This document shows positions 16,326-23,851 of a DNA stretch of 24,000 bases, piece after piece (position 1 is the stretch's first letter; every line of letters starts with the position of its first letter). The translations under genes and the position numbers were made by a program. Source of the DNA: Actinocrinis sp. (GTDB lineage: Bacteria; Actinomycetota; Actinomycetes; Streptomycetales; Catenulisporaceae); contig DASZBX010000088.1 in assembly GCA_035943635.1 (NCBI GenBank), positions 1-24,000 on the forward strand, given 5' to 3'. Below the pieces are notes generated by a model. That model was not told the origin of the DNA. It ran no database searches and saw only the letters and a program-made list of their open reading frames with translations.

Positions 16326-17362
16326 GGTTCCAGCTCCAGTTCTATCCTCAACGCGCCCTGATCCCCGTCCCAAGCCGCCCGGCGCTCGCCGACCGGAACC
16401 TCGTCCTTGAGCACCTCCCGGATCAACACCGCCCGGTCGCCCGCCGGATTGCGCTGCTTGAGCAACAGCCCGCCGCTCTGCGGGCCGATCAGCGGCAGCA
16501 GCCACAGCTGCTCGTCGCGCAGCAGCGCGACCGCCGCGTCCGAGGGGAAGCGCCGGGCGGCCAGCCGCGCGTCCAGGCGCAGATATCCGTCCTCGGTGAA
16601 CTCCACCTTCGGCCCGTCCGCCCCCGCATCGGCGGTCGGCCGCAGCGGGTACAGGAACTCCCACTCGACCAGCCCGATCACCTGCTCCATGGCCGCCGCG
16701 ACGGGCGCGCTCAGCTCCGCGCCGAACCCGACCCCGGCCGCCTCGATCAGGAACACCGTGATGTCCTCGGGGCACTCCCCGGCCAAGGCCCAGCGCGCGA
16801 ACGAGATCGCGTGGTCCCAGCGGAAGGAGTGCGTGTGCAGGCCCTGCAGCGGCGGCAGTTCGGCGAATTCGCTGCCCGGCACCCGGTAAACCGTTCCCGG
16901 CTCGGCGCCGGTCGCGCTCGCGTCGACGATCACCACGCGCTTGGCCCCGCGCATCTGGAAGGCCACGTCCATCCCGGCCGTCCCGCCGTCCACCAGCCGC
17001 GCGCCCTCGGGCACACCGCGATTCCACAGGTGCCGCACCAGGATCGGGCCCACGCCGTCGTCGCCGCGCAGCAGGTTCCCGCACCCGATCACCAGGACCT
17101 CGCAGCCGGGGCCGCGCAGATCTGCCAGGTCACTCAGCCCACTGTCACCGAGCACGTCCGCGACGTCCGCACCGTCGGCCGGCTGCGTGGACTCGGCCCC
17201 GCCGCGTCCGACGCACACCGGCTCGGCCGCCGGCCGGTTCACGCCCTGCGCCCAGCCCGCGTCCGCGCCCGCGGACTCGCCGTGCGGGCCGCCTCGGCCG
17301 ACGACGTGACCGTCCTGCGGGCCGCCGTGCCCCACACCTGTCACCGGTTCCTGCAACGCCAT
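16322..17362 (-). CDS. hupD: Hydrogenase maturation endopeptidase (HupD/HyaD family) with N- and C-terminal extensions
   Basis: 346 aa. Core motifs VLVIGCGNLLRGDDGVGP, VDGGTAG, VIVDA and HTHSF. About 85 aa precede the GCGN motif, and that stretch has high GC3, so it is probably translated. About 110 aa follow the core. GAGAGGTGA RBS before ATG 17362. Confidence 0.85.
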   Translation of the reverse strand: MALQEPVTGVGHGGPQDGHVVGRGGPHGESAGADAGWAQGVNRPAAEPVCVGRGGAESTQPADGADVADVLGDSGLSDLADLRGPGCEVLVIGCGNLLRGDDGVGPILVRHLWNRGVPEGARLVDGGTAGMDVAFQMRGAKRVVIVDASATGAEPGTVYRVPGSEFAELPPLQGLHTHSFRWDHAISFARWALAGECPEDITVFLIEAAGVGFGAELSAPVAAAMEQVIGLVEWEFLYPLRPTADAGADGPKVEFTEDGYLRLDARLAARRFPSDAAVALLRDEQLWLLPLIGPQSGGLLLKQRNPAGDRAVLIREVLKDEVPVGERRAAWDGDQGALRIELELEP

Positions 17363-17390
17363 CGTTCACCTCTCTCGGTCGCCCGGGAAA

Positions 17391-18998
17391 TCAGACCATT
17401 CCGTTGATCACGAATCTGCTGAGCTCGCGCCCGTTCCGGCCGTCGTAGGCGTGCACCGTGCACACCAGGCAGGAATCGAAGCTACGGGCCACGTGGCCGA
17501 GCTCGACCGGGTCCTGCGGATCGGTCACCGGCGACCCGATCAGCGCGCTCTCGATCGGCCCGACCATCCCGGCCCCGTCCCGCGGGCCGATGTTCCACGC
17601 GGTCGGCGTGACCACCTGGTAGTTCTTGATCTTGTTGTCCTCGATCACGATCCAGTCCGCCAGCGACCCGCGCACCGCCTCGGTCGCGCCGAAGCCGCGG
17701 CCCTCGGCGTACTCGGTCGGCTTGGTGTAGAAGCTCTCGTGCAGATCGATCTGGTCGAGCCACTCGCGCACCCACGTGTACATCTTCGGCGCCTCATGCA
17801 TCCGGGCCAGCTGCCGGACCAGCACGCTCGGCCCGATCCGCGCCATCACGTCCACGAACAGCGGGTCAAAGTCCTGATGCGGCGCCGCGCCGGGCGCCCC
17901 GGCCGCCATCCGCCGCGCCAACGGCCCGGCCTCCAGCGGGACCTGGCCCAGGCCCGGCACGTCGTACCGCGGCGACTTGGCCCAGCTGTACTTCTCCTGC
18001 CGGCGCCCGATCTCCGGGTCGATCGGCTTCGTCTCGCCGTCGAACGGGTGCAGCGAACCGGTCCCCTCGTAGAACGAGTGCGTGACGTCCTCGGTCACCC
18101 GGGCCTGGTCGAACTCGTGCCACCGGCCGTCCGCGTAGATCCCCGAGCGGCTGATCAGGGCACTGTTGCGGCCCTCGATGGTCGGCCGGTCGTACATCGA
18201 CGGCTCGAAATACGTGCCGGTGGCCAGGAAATCGCCGACCCCCGCGCCGTACTTGTCCAGCCCGATGTCCAGGCAGTACCGGATGAAGAACCCGCAGTCG
18301 CTCTCGTGCTGCGACTCGTTCTCGTCCACCCAGGCCAGGACGTCCTCCCAGGTCCGGTTCGCCAACCACCGCTCGATCGAACAGCCGAGCCACTGCTTCT
18401 CCAGCCAGTTGTCCTTCCAGTGCTCGAAGATCGCGATCGCGCGGGTCACGTCCGACAGGGTCGGCGCGCACATCACCCCGCCCGGCACCATGAAGCTCGA
18501 ATGCGGCCACTGCCCGCCGAAGATCGCGTACACCTCCACCGGTTTCGCCGAATACAGCACGCCCGGCTGGTAGCTCGTGCCCACATAGGGCGCGAACCGC
18601 CGCACGGCCTCGGCGTACAGCGGCGAGCGCGCATAGTTCTTGTTGGTGAAGTCGATCGCGAACAGCGCGTAGAAGTACCGCGGAATGCTCTGCAGCGTCT
18701 CCGCAGCCTGACAGATGTTGCGCACGAGCGTCGCGTTCGGCGGCACGTGCGTCTTCCAGGCGGTGTCCAACGCGTACGCGGACTTGTACAGGTGGCTGCC
18801 GCCGCAGATCCCGCAGATCCGCGGGCACACGATCAACCCGGCCTGCGGGTCCTTGCCCTGCAGGATGATCTCGAAGCCGCGGAACATCGCCGCCTCGGTC
18901 CAGGCCGAGGTCACGACCCCGTCCTCGACGGTCACCCGGACGTCCAGGTCGCCTTCGACCCGGCCCAGGGGGCTGACGAACAGATCAAGCGCTGTCAT
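17391..18998 (-). CDS. hucL: [NiFe]-hydrogenase large subunit, group 2a-like
   Basis: 535 aa. N-terminal SPLGRVEGDLDVRV and the Ni-binding motif PRICGICGGSH. C-terminal motif FDSCLVCTVH is followed by a 19-aa extension (AYDGRNGRELSRFVINGMV), the usual endopeptidase substrate. GAGAGGA RBS. Confidence 0.95.
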   Translation of the reverse strand: MTALDLFVSPLGRVEGDLDVRVTVEDGVVTSAWTEAAMFRGFEIILQGKDPQAGLIVCPRICGICGGSHLYKSAYALDTAWKTHVPPNATLVRNICQAAETLQSIPRYFYALFAIDFTNKNYARSPLYAEAVRRFAPYVGTSYQPGVLYSAKPVEVYAIFGGQWPHSSFMVPGGVMCAPTLSDVTRAIAIFEHWKDNWLEKQWLGCSIERWLANRTWEDVLAWVDENESQHESDCGFFIRYCLDIGLDKYGAGVGDFLATGTYFEPSMYDRPTIEGRNSALISRSGIYADGRWHEFDQARVTEDVTHSFYEGTGSLHPFDGETKPIDPEIGRRQEKYSWAKSPRYDVPGLGQVPLEAGPLARRMAAGAPGAAPHQDFDPLFVDVMARIGPSVLVRQLARMHEAPKMYTWVREWLDQIDLHESFYTKPTEYAEGRGFGATEAVRGSLADWIVIEDNKIKNYQVVTPTAWNIGPRDGAGMVGPIESALIGSPVTDPQDPVELGHVARSFDSCLVCTVHAYDGRNGRELSRFVINGMV

Positions 18999-19040
18999 GG
19001 AACTGATCCTCTCAGGACGGCCGCGATCCCGCCGGGCGAT

Positions 19041-20012
19041 TCAGACAACGAACATGTCTTCTTTGGACCACTGCGGCGCGGCGATCCGCGCCGCGGCCGC
19101 GTGCGCCATGTAGGTCAGGTGGTCGTTGCCCTCCGGCACCTCCTTCGGGATCATGCCGCTGACCTTCTGGGTCTTGAACACCGTGCCCGGGGTCAGGTCG
19201 AAGAACGGGAACTCCGGTTCGGTGCAGCCCAGGCACGGCATCCCGGCCCGGGTCTTGGAGGACTGCCGGTTCCACAGGATCCGGTTGCACGGCGAGTGCG
19301 TCATCGGCCCCCGGCAGCCGAACTCGTAGAACAGGCACCCGGTCCGCGTCCCCTCGCCGAACGACACCGTCGACTGCTTGTACTCGAAGAACTGCACCCG
19401 CGTGCAGCCGGTCTGGGTGAACGACTTGAAGAACGTCTCCGGCCGGTGCAGCTCGTCCAGGGTGATGTCCGCCGCCCGCCCGGTGGCCAGCGCCACCAGG
19501 ATCTGGGTGATCCAGTCCGGATGCGCCGGACAGCCCGGGATGTTGATCACCGGCAGCCCGGACCGGGACCGGAAGTCCGGCCCGAGATACCCGCCCTTCT
19601 CCCGCTTGTGGAACTGCAGCCCGGTCGACCCGGACGGATTCGGCGCCGTGGCCGGAATCCCGCCCCAGCACGCGCAGTCCCCGATCGCCACCACGATCTG
19701 CGCCTGCGCGGCCAGGTCGGTCACCCAGTCCTTCATCGGCCGGTCGGCGAACATGTCCATCCGCCCGCTCCCGTTCGGCCCCTCGATCACGGTCCCCTCG
19801 AACACGAAGATGTCCAGCGGCCGGGCCCCCCGGGCACAGTCCTGGAACAGTTTCTGCGCGTTCTTGCCCAGTTCCAGGCCCAAAGAAGGGTGCCAGAGCA
19901 GGTCGAGACCGAAGTCGACTATCAGGTCGACCACGTTCGGCTCGTCCGCGTTCAGGAACGACATCGTGTTCCCACTGCAAGCACCGCCCTGGAACCACAG
20001 GACAGACGCCAT
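19041..20012 (-). CDS. hucS: [NiFe]-hydrogenase small subunit without Tat signal, group 2a-like
   Basis: Start chosen at ATG 20012..20010, preceded by GAGAGGAG, giving 323 aa that begin directly at MASVLWFQGGACSGN. The ORF-track N-terminal extension is not a convincing Tat signal and ignores that RBS. Fe-S ligand motifs: GACSGN, GDCACWGG, GCPAHPDW, TQTGC, GCLFYEFGCRGP, SPCN, PCLGC. Confidence 0.93.
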   Translation of the reverse strand: MASVLWFQGGACSGNTMSFLNADEPNVVDLIVDFGLDLLWHPSLGLELGKNAQKLFQDCARGARPLDIFVFEGTVIEGPNGSGRMDMFADRPMKDWVTDLAAQAQIVVAIGDCACWGGIPATAPNPSGSTGLQFHKREKGGYLGPDFRSRSGLPVINIPGCPAHPDWITQILVALATGRAADITLDELHRPETFFKSFTQTGCTRVQFFEYKQSTVSFGEGTRTGCLFYEFGCRGPMTHSPCNRILWNRQSSKTRAGMPCLGCTEPEFPFFDLTPGTVFKTQKVSGMIPKEVPEGNDHLTYMAHAAAARIAAPQWSKEDMFVV

Positions 20013-20129
20013 GGAATACTCCTCTCGATTGCCCGCCGACCAGGTCGGTGTGAATGGGGGAAGAACCACGCCCGCACGCCTCCGACCAGCAAGGAGGCAG
20101 CGGGCGAACAAACCGGCGACCGGAACCGG

Positions 20130-20672
20130 TCAGGGCGGACCCGGCCGCCGGCCCAGCACCCGGGCCACCTCCACGAGATGACCCAGGCCCCGGGAGACCT
20201 CCTCGTCCCTCAGCAGCCGCAACAGCCCCAGCAGGCCGGTCGGGGCCCCGCCGGGCCGCTGCGCCGCCCGCTGCTCGCCCTCGGCCAGCGCCGCGGCCAG
20301 CCGGGACAGCGCCCGGACCGTGCCCGGATCGGCCAGCGGGCCGCCGAGCAGCTCGCCCAGCGCGGGCGTGGCGGCGACCACGGGCCCTGACAGGCTGGCC
20401 GCGCTGGCGGCGAGTCCGCGCAGGTCGATCCCGGCCAACGGACCGTTGCCGAGCCCGCCCGCCGCGCCGCGCAACTCGGAGGCGCCCTCGGCCAGCGAGT
20501 CGGCGATCACCTCGCCGCGGCGGAAGAATCCGTCCAGCGCGGTCACCAGGAACACGATCAGGTCGGCGTTGTCGAGCAACACATTGAGAGCCTCGACGGT
20601 ACGCGGCTGCTCAAGGCGCGCGAGCAGTTCCCCGACCGGGGTCGGGGCGAGGAGCCGATCGTTCGCGGTCAC
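20130..20672 (-). CDS. DUF1641-like helical protein, candidate HucM-type third subunit/scaffold
   Basis: GTG 20672..20670 has a perfect AGGAGG 7 nt upstream, giving 180 aa; ATG 20726 is the longer alternative. Ala/Leu-rich helical protein (TVEALNVLLDNADLIVFLVTALDGFFRRGE ... LLGLLRLLRDEEVSRGLGHLVEVARVLG). It is the first gene of the hydrogenase operon. Confidence 0.55.
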   Translation of the reverse strand: MTANDRLLAPTPVGELLARLEQPRTVEALNVLLDNADLIVFLVTALDGFFRRGEVIADSLAEGASELRGAAGGLGNGPLAGIDLRGLAASAASLSGPVVAATPALGELLGGPLADPGTVRALSRLAAALAEGEQRAAQRPGGAPTGLLGLLRLLRDEEVSRGLGHLVEVARVLGRRPGPP

Positions 20673-20923
20673 CCGGAAACCTCCTGTGACATCTCGATCA
20701 CTGTATGCAGTCCCAAGCCTAGACACACTCGGCTGGATCGCCTATCGTCTTCACGCATCGACTATCAGGAATGCGCAGACTTTATGAGCTGGAAGCGCAA
20801 GACTTCGCCAGGGTTCGATGGAGGAGTGGGAACTGATCCAACGTCAGTCGGCGGCCGCTGACCGCCTGCCCCACTTCGCCCTCTCATCCTCCCCTGTTCC
20901 CGGCGGATCGAATCGGAGCCCGT
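20673..20923. promoter_or_regulatory. Divergent promoter region between the hydrogenase operon and the AraC-family gene, with two pairs of direct repeats
   Basis: Locally lower-GC 250-nt intergenic region. ATCGcCTATC (20737..20746) and ATCGaCTATC (20757..20766) are 20 nt apart. GCGCAGACTT (20773..20782) and GCGCAAGACTT (20795..20805) are 22 nt apart. Confidence 0.4.
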
Positions 20924-21982
20924 ATGTCCCGACTGACCAAGCTGGGCTTCATCGACGTGCGCCGCACCACCAACCCGGTCCGCCGCCGGGTCCGTTCCCG
21001 GGGCATCCCCCCGGCCTTGTCCGGTCACGAGATCTTCTACACCGAGGACGTCCACGAAGCAGGCGAACTGATCGGCAAGGCCCTGTCCCCGGCCAAGCTC
21101 GACCTGGGCAAGGCCGACCCGGACCGCTTCGCCGCCAGCCTGCACGGCGTCCGGCTGCGCAACGTGAGCATGCTCTACATCGACCTCGGCATCGACGCGA
21201 CGGTCGACATCCCGGCGATGGGCCCGTACTACGCCGTGCACATGCCCACCAACGGCCAGGCGGTCTGCACCTACGAAGGCCGCACCTTCGAGGCCAACCC
21301 GATCCGCGCCGTGGTCACCAGCCCCGGCATGCCGCTCACGATGCGTTTCGCCTTCGACTCTCCCCAACTGGTCATCCGGATCGAGCAGGAGGCCCTGGCC
21401 CGCCACCTGACCCGCCTGCTCGGCGTCACCCTGCAACGCCCGATCGTCTTCGCCCCCGAGATGGACCTGACCACGGACGCCGCGATGCGCTGGAACGGCG
21501 CGATCCAGCTCCTGCATACAGAGGTCTACTACACCGGCTCCCTGGTCCAGCGCGGCCAGGGCATCGGCTCGATGGAGGAGCTGTTGATGAGCACCCTCCT
21601 GCTGCTCCAGCCGTCCAACCACTACGACCAGCTGGTCCTGCCCAAGGAACAGACCGGCCGGCACGTGGTCCGCGACGCTCTCGACTTCCTGGAAGCCCAT
21701 CTGAGCGAGCGGATCACGATGGAGGACATCGCCCGCAACGTGCACATGAGCATCCGCGCCATCCAGCAGGGCTTCAAGGAGGAACTGGGCACGACCCCGA
21801 TGCTCTACCTGCGCAACAGGCGCCTGGAACGAGCCCACGAGGACCTGACCGACGTCATCCCCGCCGACGGCGTCACGGTCACCGACATCGCCGCCCGGTG
21901 GGGATTCACCCACCTGAGCAACTTCGCGGTGCTATACAAGAAGCGCTGGGGCGAATCCCCCTCGGAGACCCTTCGCCGGTGA
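20924..21982 (+). CDS. AraC-family transcriptional regulator
   Basis: 352 aa with GGAG 6 nt upstream. The C-terminal double HTH is typical of AraC/XylS (ITMEDIARNVHMSIRAIQQGFKEELGTTPMLYLRNRRLERAHEDL...VTDIAARWGFTHLSNFAVLYKKRWGESPSETLR). The N-terminal domain looks like an AraC-type ligand-binding domain. Confidence 0.9.
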   Translation: MSRLTKLGFIDVRRTTNPVRRRVRSRGIPPALSGHEIFYTEDVHEAGELIGKALSPAKLDLGKADPDRFAASLHGVRLRNVSMLYIDLGIDATVDIPAMGPYYAVHMPTNGQAVCTYEGRTFEANPIRAVVTSPGMPLTMRFAFDSPQLVIRIEQEALARHLTRLLGVTLQRPIVFAPEMDLTTDAAMRWNGAIQLLHTEVYYTGSLVQRGQGIGSMEELLMSTLLLLQPSNHYDQLVLPKEQTGRHVVRDALDFLEAHLSERITMEDIARNVHMSIRAIQQGFKEELGTTPMLYLRNRRLERAHEDLTDVIPADGVTVTDIAARWGFTHLSNFAVLYKKRWGESPSETLRR

Positions 21983-22004
21983 ACCGGTGGCCGGTGGCCG
22001 GTGA
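21976..22004. repeat. Heptamer tandem repeat CCGGTG[AG] x4 spanning the araC-family stop codon and the hypA upstream region
   Basis: CCGGTGA-a-CCGGTGG-CCGGTGG-CCGGTGA. GGTGAACCGG (21978..21987) recurs in imperfect form as AGTGAACCGA at 22009..22018. Confidence 0.8.
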
Positions 22005-22044
22005 TTCAGTGAACCGATGATCCGGAGGGCAGGAGCCCGCGACA

Positions 22045-22383
22045 GTGCACGAACTTTCGATCTGCCGGTCCGTCAGCGGCATCGTCACCAAGCACGCCGC
22101 CGGGCGCGAGGTGCGGATCGTCCGGCTGCGGGTCGGGAAACTGCGGCAGATCGTGCCGGACACGCTGGTGTACTGCTGGGCGCTGGTGAACGAGCAGACC
22201 CCGCTGGCCGGTTCGCGGCTGGAGATCGAGAGCATCGCGGCGTCGATCAGATGTCTGCGGTGCGGGCAGACCCGGGAACTGACCGAGGTGCGCCTGGTCT
22301 GCGACTCCTGCGGCGGCCGGGAGGTGGAACTCGCCACCGGCGAGGAATTCCTGATCACGTCGCTGGAACTCGCCGAGGAGTAG
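22045..22383 (+). CDS. hypA: Hydrogenase nickel-insertion protein HypA
   Basis: 112 aa with a GTG start. N-terminal MHELSIC (MHE nickel site) and the zinc motif CLRCGQ...CDSCGG. Confidence 0.9.
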   Translation: MHELSICRSVSGIVTKHAAGREVRIVRLRVGKLRQIVPDTLVYCWALVNEQTPLAGSRLEIESIAASIRCLRCGQTRELTEVRLVCDSCGGREVELATGEEFLITSLELAEE

Positions 22384-22394
22384 AGGAGAAGAGA

Positions 22395-23213
22395 ATGGGC
22401 CGCTTCCACCGCCATGACAGCGTTGACCACGAACACGAACACGCCGATCACGATCGCGATCACACCCACGCAGACCTCGGCGACCACTCCGGTTACGCGA
22501 CGGGCACCGAGCGGATCGAGGTCCTGGAGCGGATCTTCGACGAGAACGACCACACCGCCGCGCTCAACCGCGCCGACTTCGACGCCGCGAACGTGACCGC
22601 CGTCAACCTGATGTCGGCGCCCGGCGCGGGAAAGACGGCCCTGCTCCGCCGGACGCTCACCAGCCTGCGCGGGCACCTGCGCGTGGGTGTCGTCGAGGGC
22701 GACATCGAGACGGGTCTCGACGCCGACCGCCTGGCCGGCCTGGGCGCAACGGTGTCCCTGCTCAACACGGCCAACGGTTTCGGCGGCGAATGCCACCTGG
22801 ACGCCCCGATGGTCAGATCCGCACTGCCGCGCCTGCCCTTATCAGAGCTCGATCTGGTCATCGTCGAGAACGTGGGAAACCTGGTCTGCCCAGCCGAATT
22901 CCGCGTCGGCGAGCACCACCGGGCCATGGTCTACGCCATCACCGAGGGCGAGGAGAAGCCCCTGAAATACCCGGTCATGTTCCGCTCCGCCGACCTGGTC
23001 CTGGTCAACAAACTGGACCTGCTGCCCCACCTGGACTTCGACTTGGACCTCTTCTACCGGAACCTGCGCGACGTGAATCCGCGCGCGACCGTCCTGGAAA
23101 CGAGTGCCCGCACCGGCGAGGGCGTCGACGCCTGGTGCTCCTGGCTGACCGATCGCCACCGCGAGCAGTCAGGCGGCCTCAGCCCGGTCGAAGGCTTCTC
23201 GCGCACTCCATAG
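22395..23213 (+). CDS. hypB: Hydrogenase nickel-incorporation GTPase HypB with His-rich N-terminus
   Basis: ATG 22395 with GAGGAG at 22384..22389, giving 272 aa. His-rich tract HRHDSVDHEHEHADHDRDHTHADLGDH. P-loop SAPGAGKT. Also ECHLDA, ENVGNLVCPA and the NKLDL G-domain motif. The last 45 nt overlap the convergent HxlR gene. Confidence 0.93.
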   Translation: MGRFHRHDSVDHEHEHADHDRDHTHADLGDHSGYATGTERIEVLERIFDENDHTAALNRADFDAANVTAVNLMSAPGAGKTALLRRTLTSLRGHLRVGVVEGDIETGLDADRLAGLGATVSLLNTANGFGGECHLDAPMVRSALPRLPLSELDLVIVENVGNLVCPAEFRVGEHHRAMVYAITEGEEKPLKYPVMFRSADLVLVNKLDLLPHLDFDLDLFYRNLRDVNPRATVLETSARTGEGVDAWCSWLTDRHREQSGGLSPVEGFSRTP

Positions 23214-23540
23214 CTCGGCCAGATTCTCCCGCGACCAGCCACGCACCTGCTCGATCAGTCCCAGCAGGGTGAGCCCGAGCGGCGTCAGTTCGTACTCGAC
23301 ACCTCCGCCAACGCTGTCAGTACCCTCAAACGGCCGACGGAGCACCAGACCGTCCCGTTCCATGGCGGTCAGGCTCTCCTTAAGGACCTTCGCGCTGATC
23401 GGGCTCAGATGCCGCCGCAGTACGCCGAACCGCCGCGGGCCGGTGTGCAGACACAGCACGATCATCGCAGTCCACTTACCGCCGATCTGAATCGGAAAGA
23501 CGCTCGTCGGGCAGATCGGATCGAACCTCGGCAGCGGCAT
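23169..23540 (-). CDS. HxlR-family winged-helix transcriptional regulator
   Basis: 123 aa. CPTSVFPIQIGGKWTAMIVLCLHTGPRRFGVLRRHLSPISAKVLKESLTAMERDGLV matches the HxlR signature (CP...IGGKW...RF..L......IS.K.L...L..ME.DGL). Confidence 0.85.
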   Translation of the reverse strand: MPLPRFDPICPTSVFPIQIGGKWTAMIVLCLHTGPRRFGVLRRHLSPISAKVLKESLTAMERDGLVLRRPFEGTDSVGGGVEYELTPLGLTLLGLIEQVRGWSRENLAELWSAREAFDRAEAA

Positions 23541-23548
23541 GTGCCCGG

Positions 23549-23851
23549 TTGGTCTTCATGGACGACCCGGCCCTGTTCCCGCCGCACCTCACACCGTTCG
23601 CCGAAGCCCACGCCCGCGAACTGACCGCGCTGCGCAACGCCCCGGCCCTGCACTGGGCGATCCTGGTCCCACCGGCCGGATTCGGCAGCCTCCCAGAGCA
23701 CGACGAGGCCTACCGGCTCCTGCCCGAGCCCGTCCCGCTCCAGCACGCCACAGCCCGGCTCTCGCACGCCCTCTACGCCAGAGCCGTGGCCGACGAACTG
23801 ACCCGGCCGACCGTCCACAACGCCCGCGCGGCCGTCATCCCGCTCCCCTGA
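23549..23851 (+). pseudogene. C-terminal fragment of an NAD(P)H-binding (NmrA/BVR-B-like) oxidoreductase; Rossmann half missing
   Basis: The 100-aa ORF (TTG 23549 or ATG 23558) reads DDPALFPPHLTPFAEAHARELTALRNAPALHWAILVPPAGF...YRLLPEP...ISHALYARAVADELTRP.VHNARAAV. This resembles the C-terminal half of the roughly 210-aa NAD(P)H-binding proteins usually paired divergently with HxlR. No GxxGxxG region is present, and only 8-17 nt separate it from the HxlR start codon. Confidence 0.55.

Noticed and set aside
17451-20390. 979-aa plus-strand ORF covering the hydrogenase structural genes
   Set aside because: Its Arg/Pro/Gly/His-rich low-complexity translation is typical of an antisense shadow ORF in high-GC DNA. 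The opposite strand encodes unmistakable [NiFe]-hydrogenase subunits with RBSs.
20685-20702. CRP-like half-sites TGTGA-N8-TCACT just upstream of the first operon gene
   Set aside because: The CRP/Glx-type consensus I know is TGTGA-N6-TCACA. The spacing here is 8 nt, the right half is imperfect, and the site overlaps the RBS region. That is too weak to call.
20765-22796. Minus-strand ORFs of 382 aa (20765..21913) and 296 aa (21906..22796), antisense to the AraC-family gene and hypA/hypB
   Set aside because: The plus-strand products have diagnostic motifs (AraC double HTH, HypA MHE/CxxC, HypB P-loop). The antisense translations are low-complexity.
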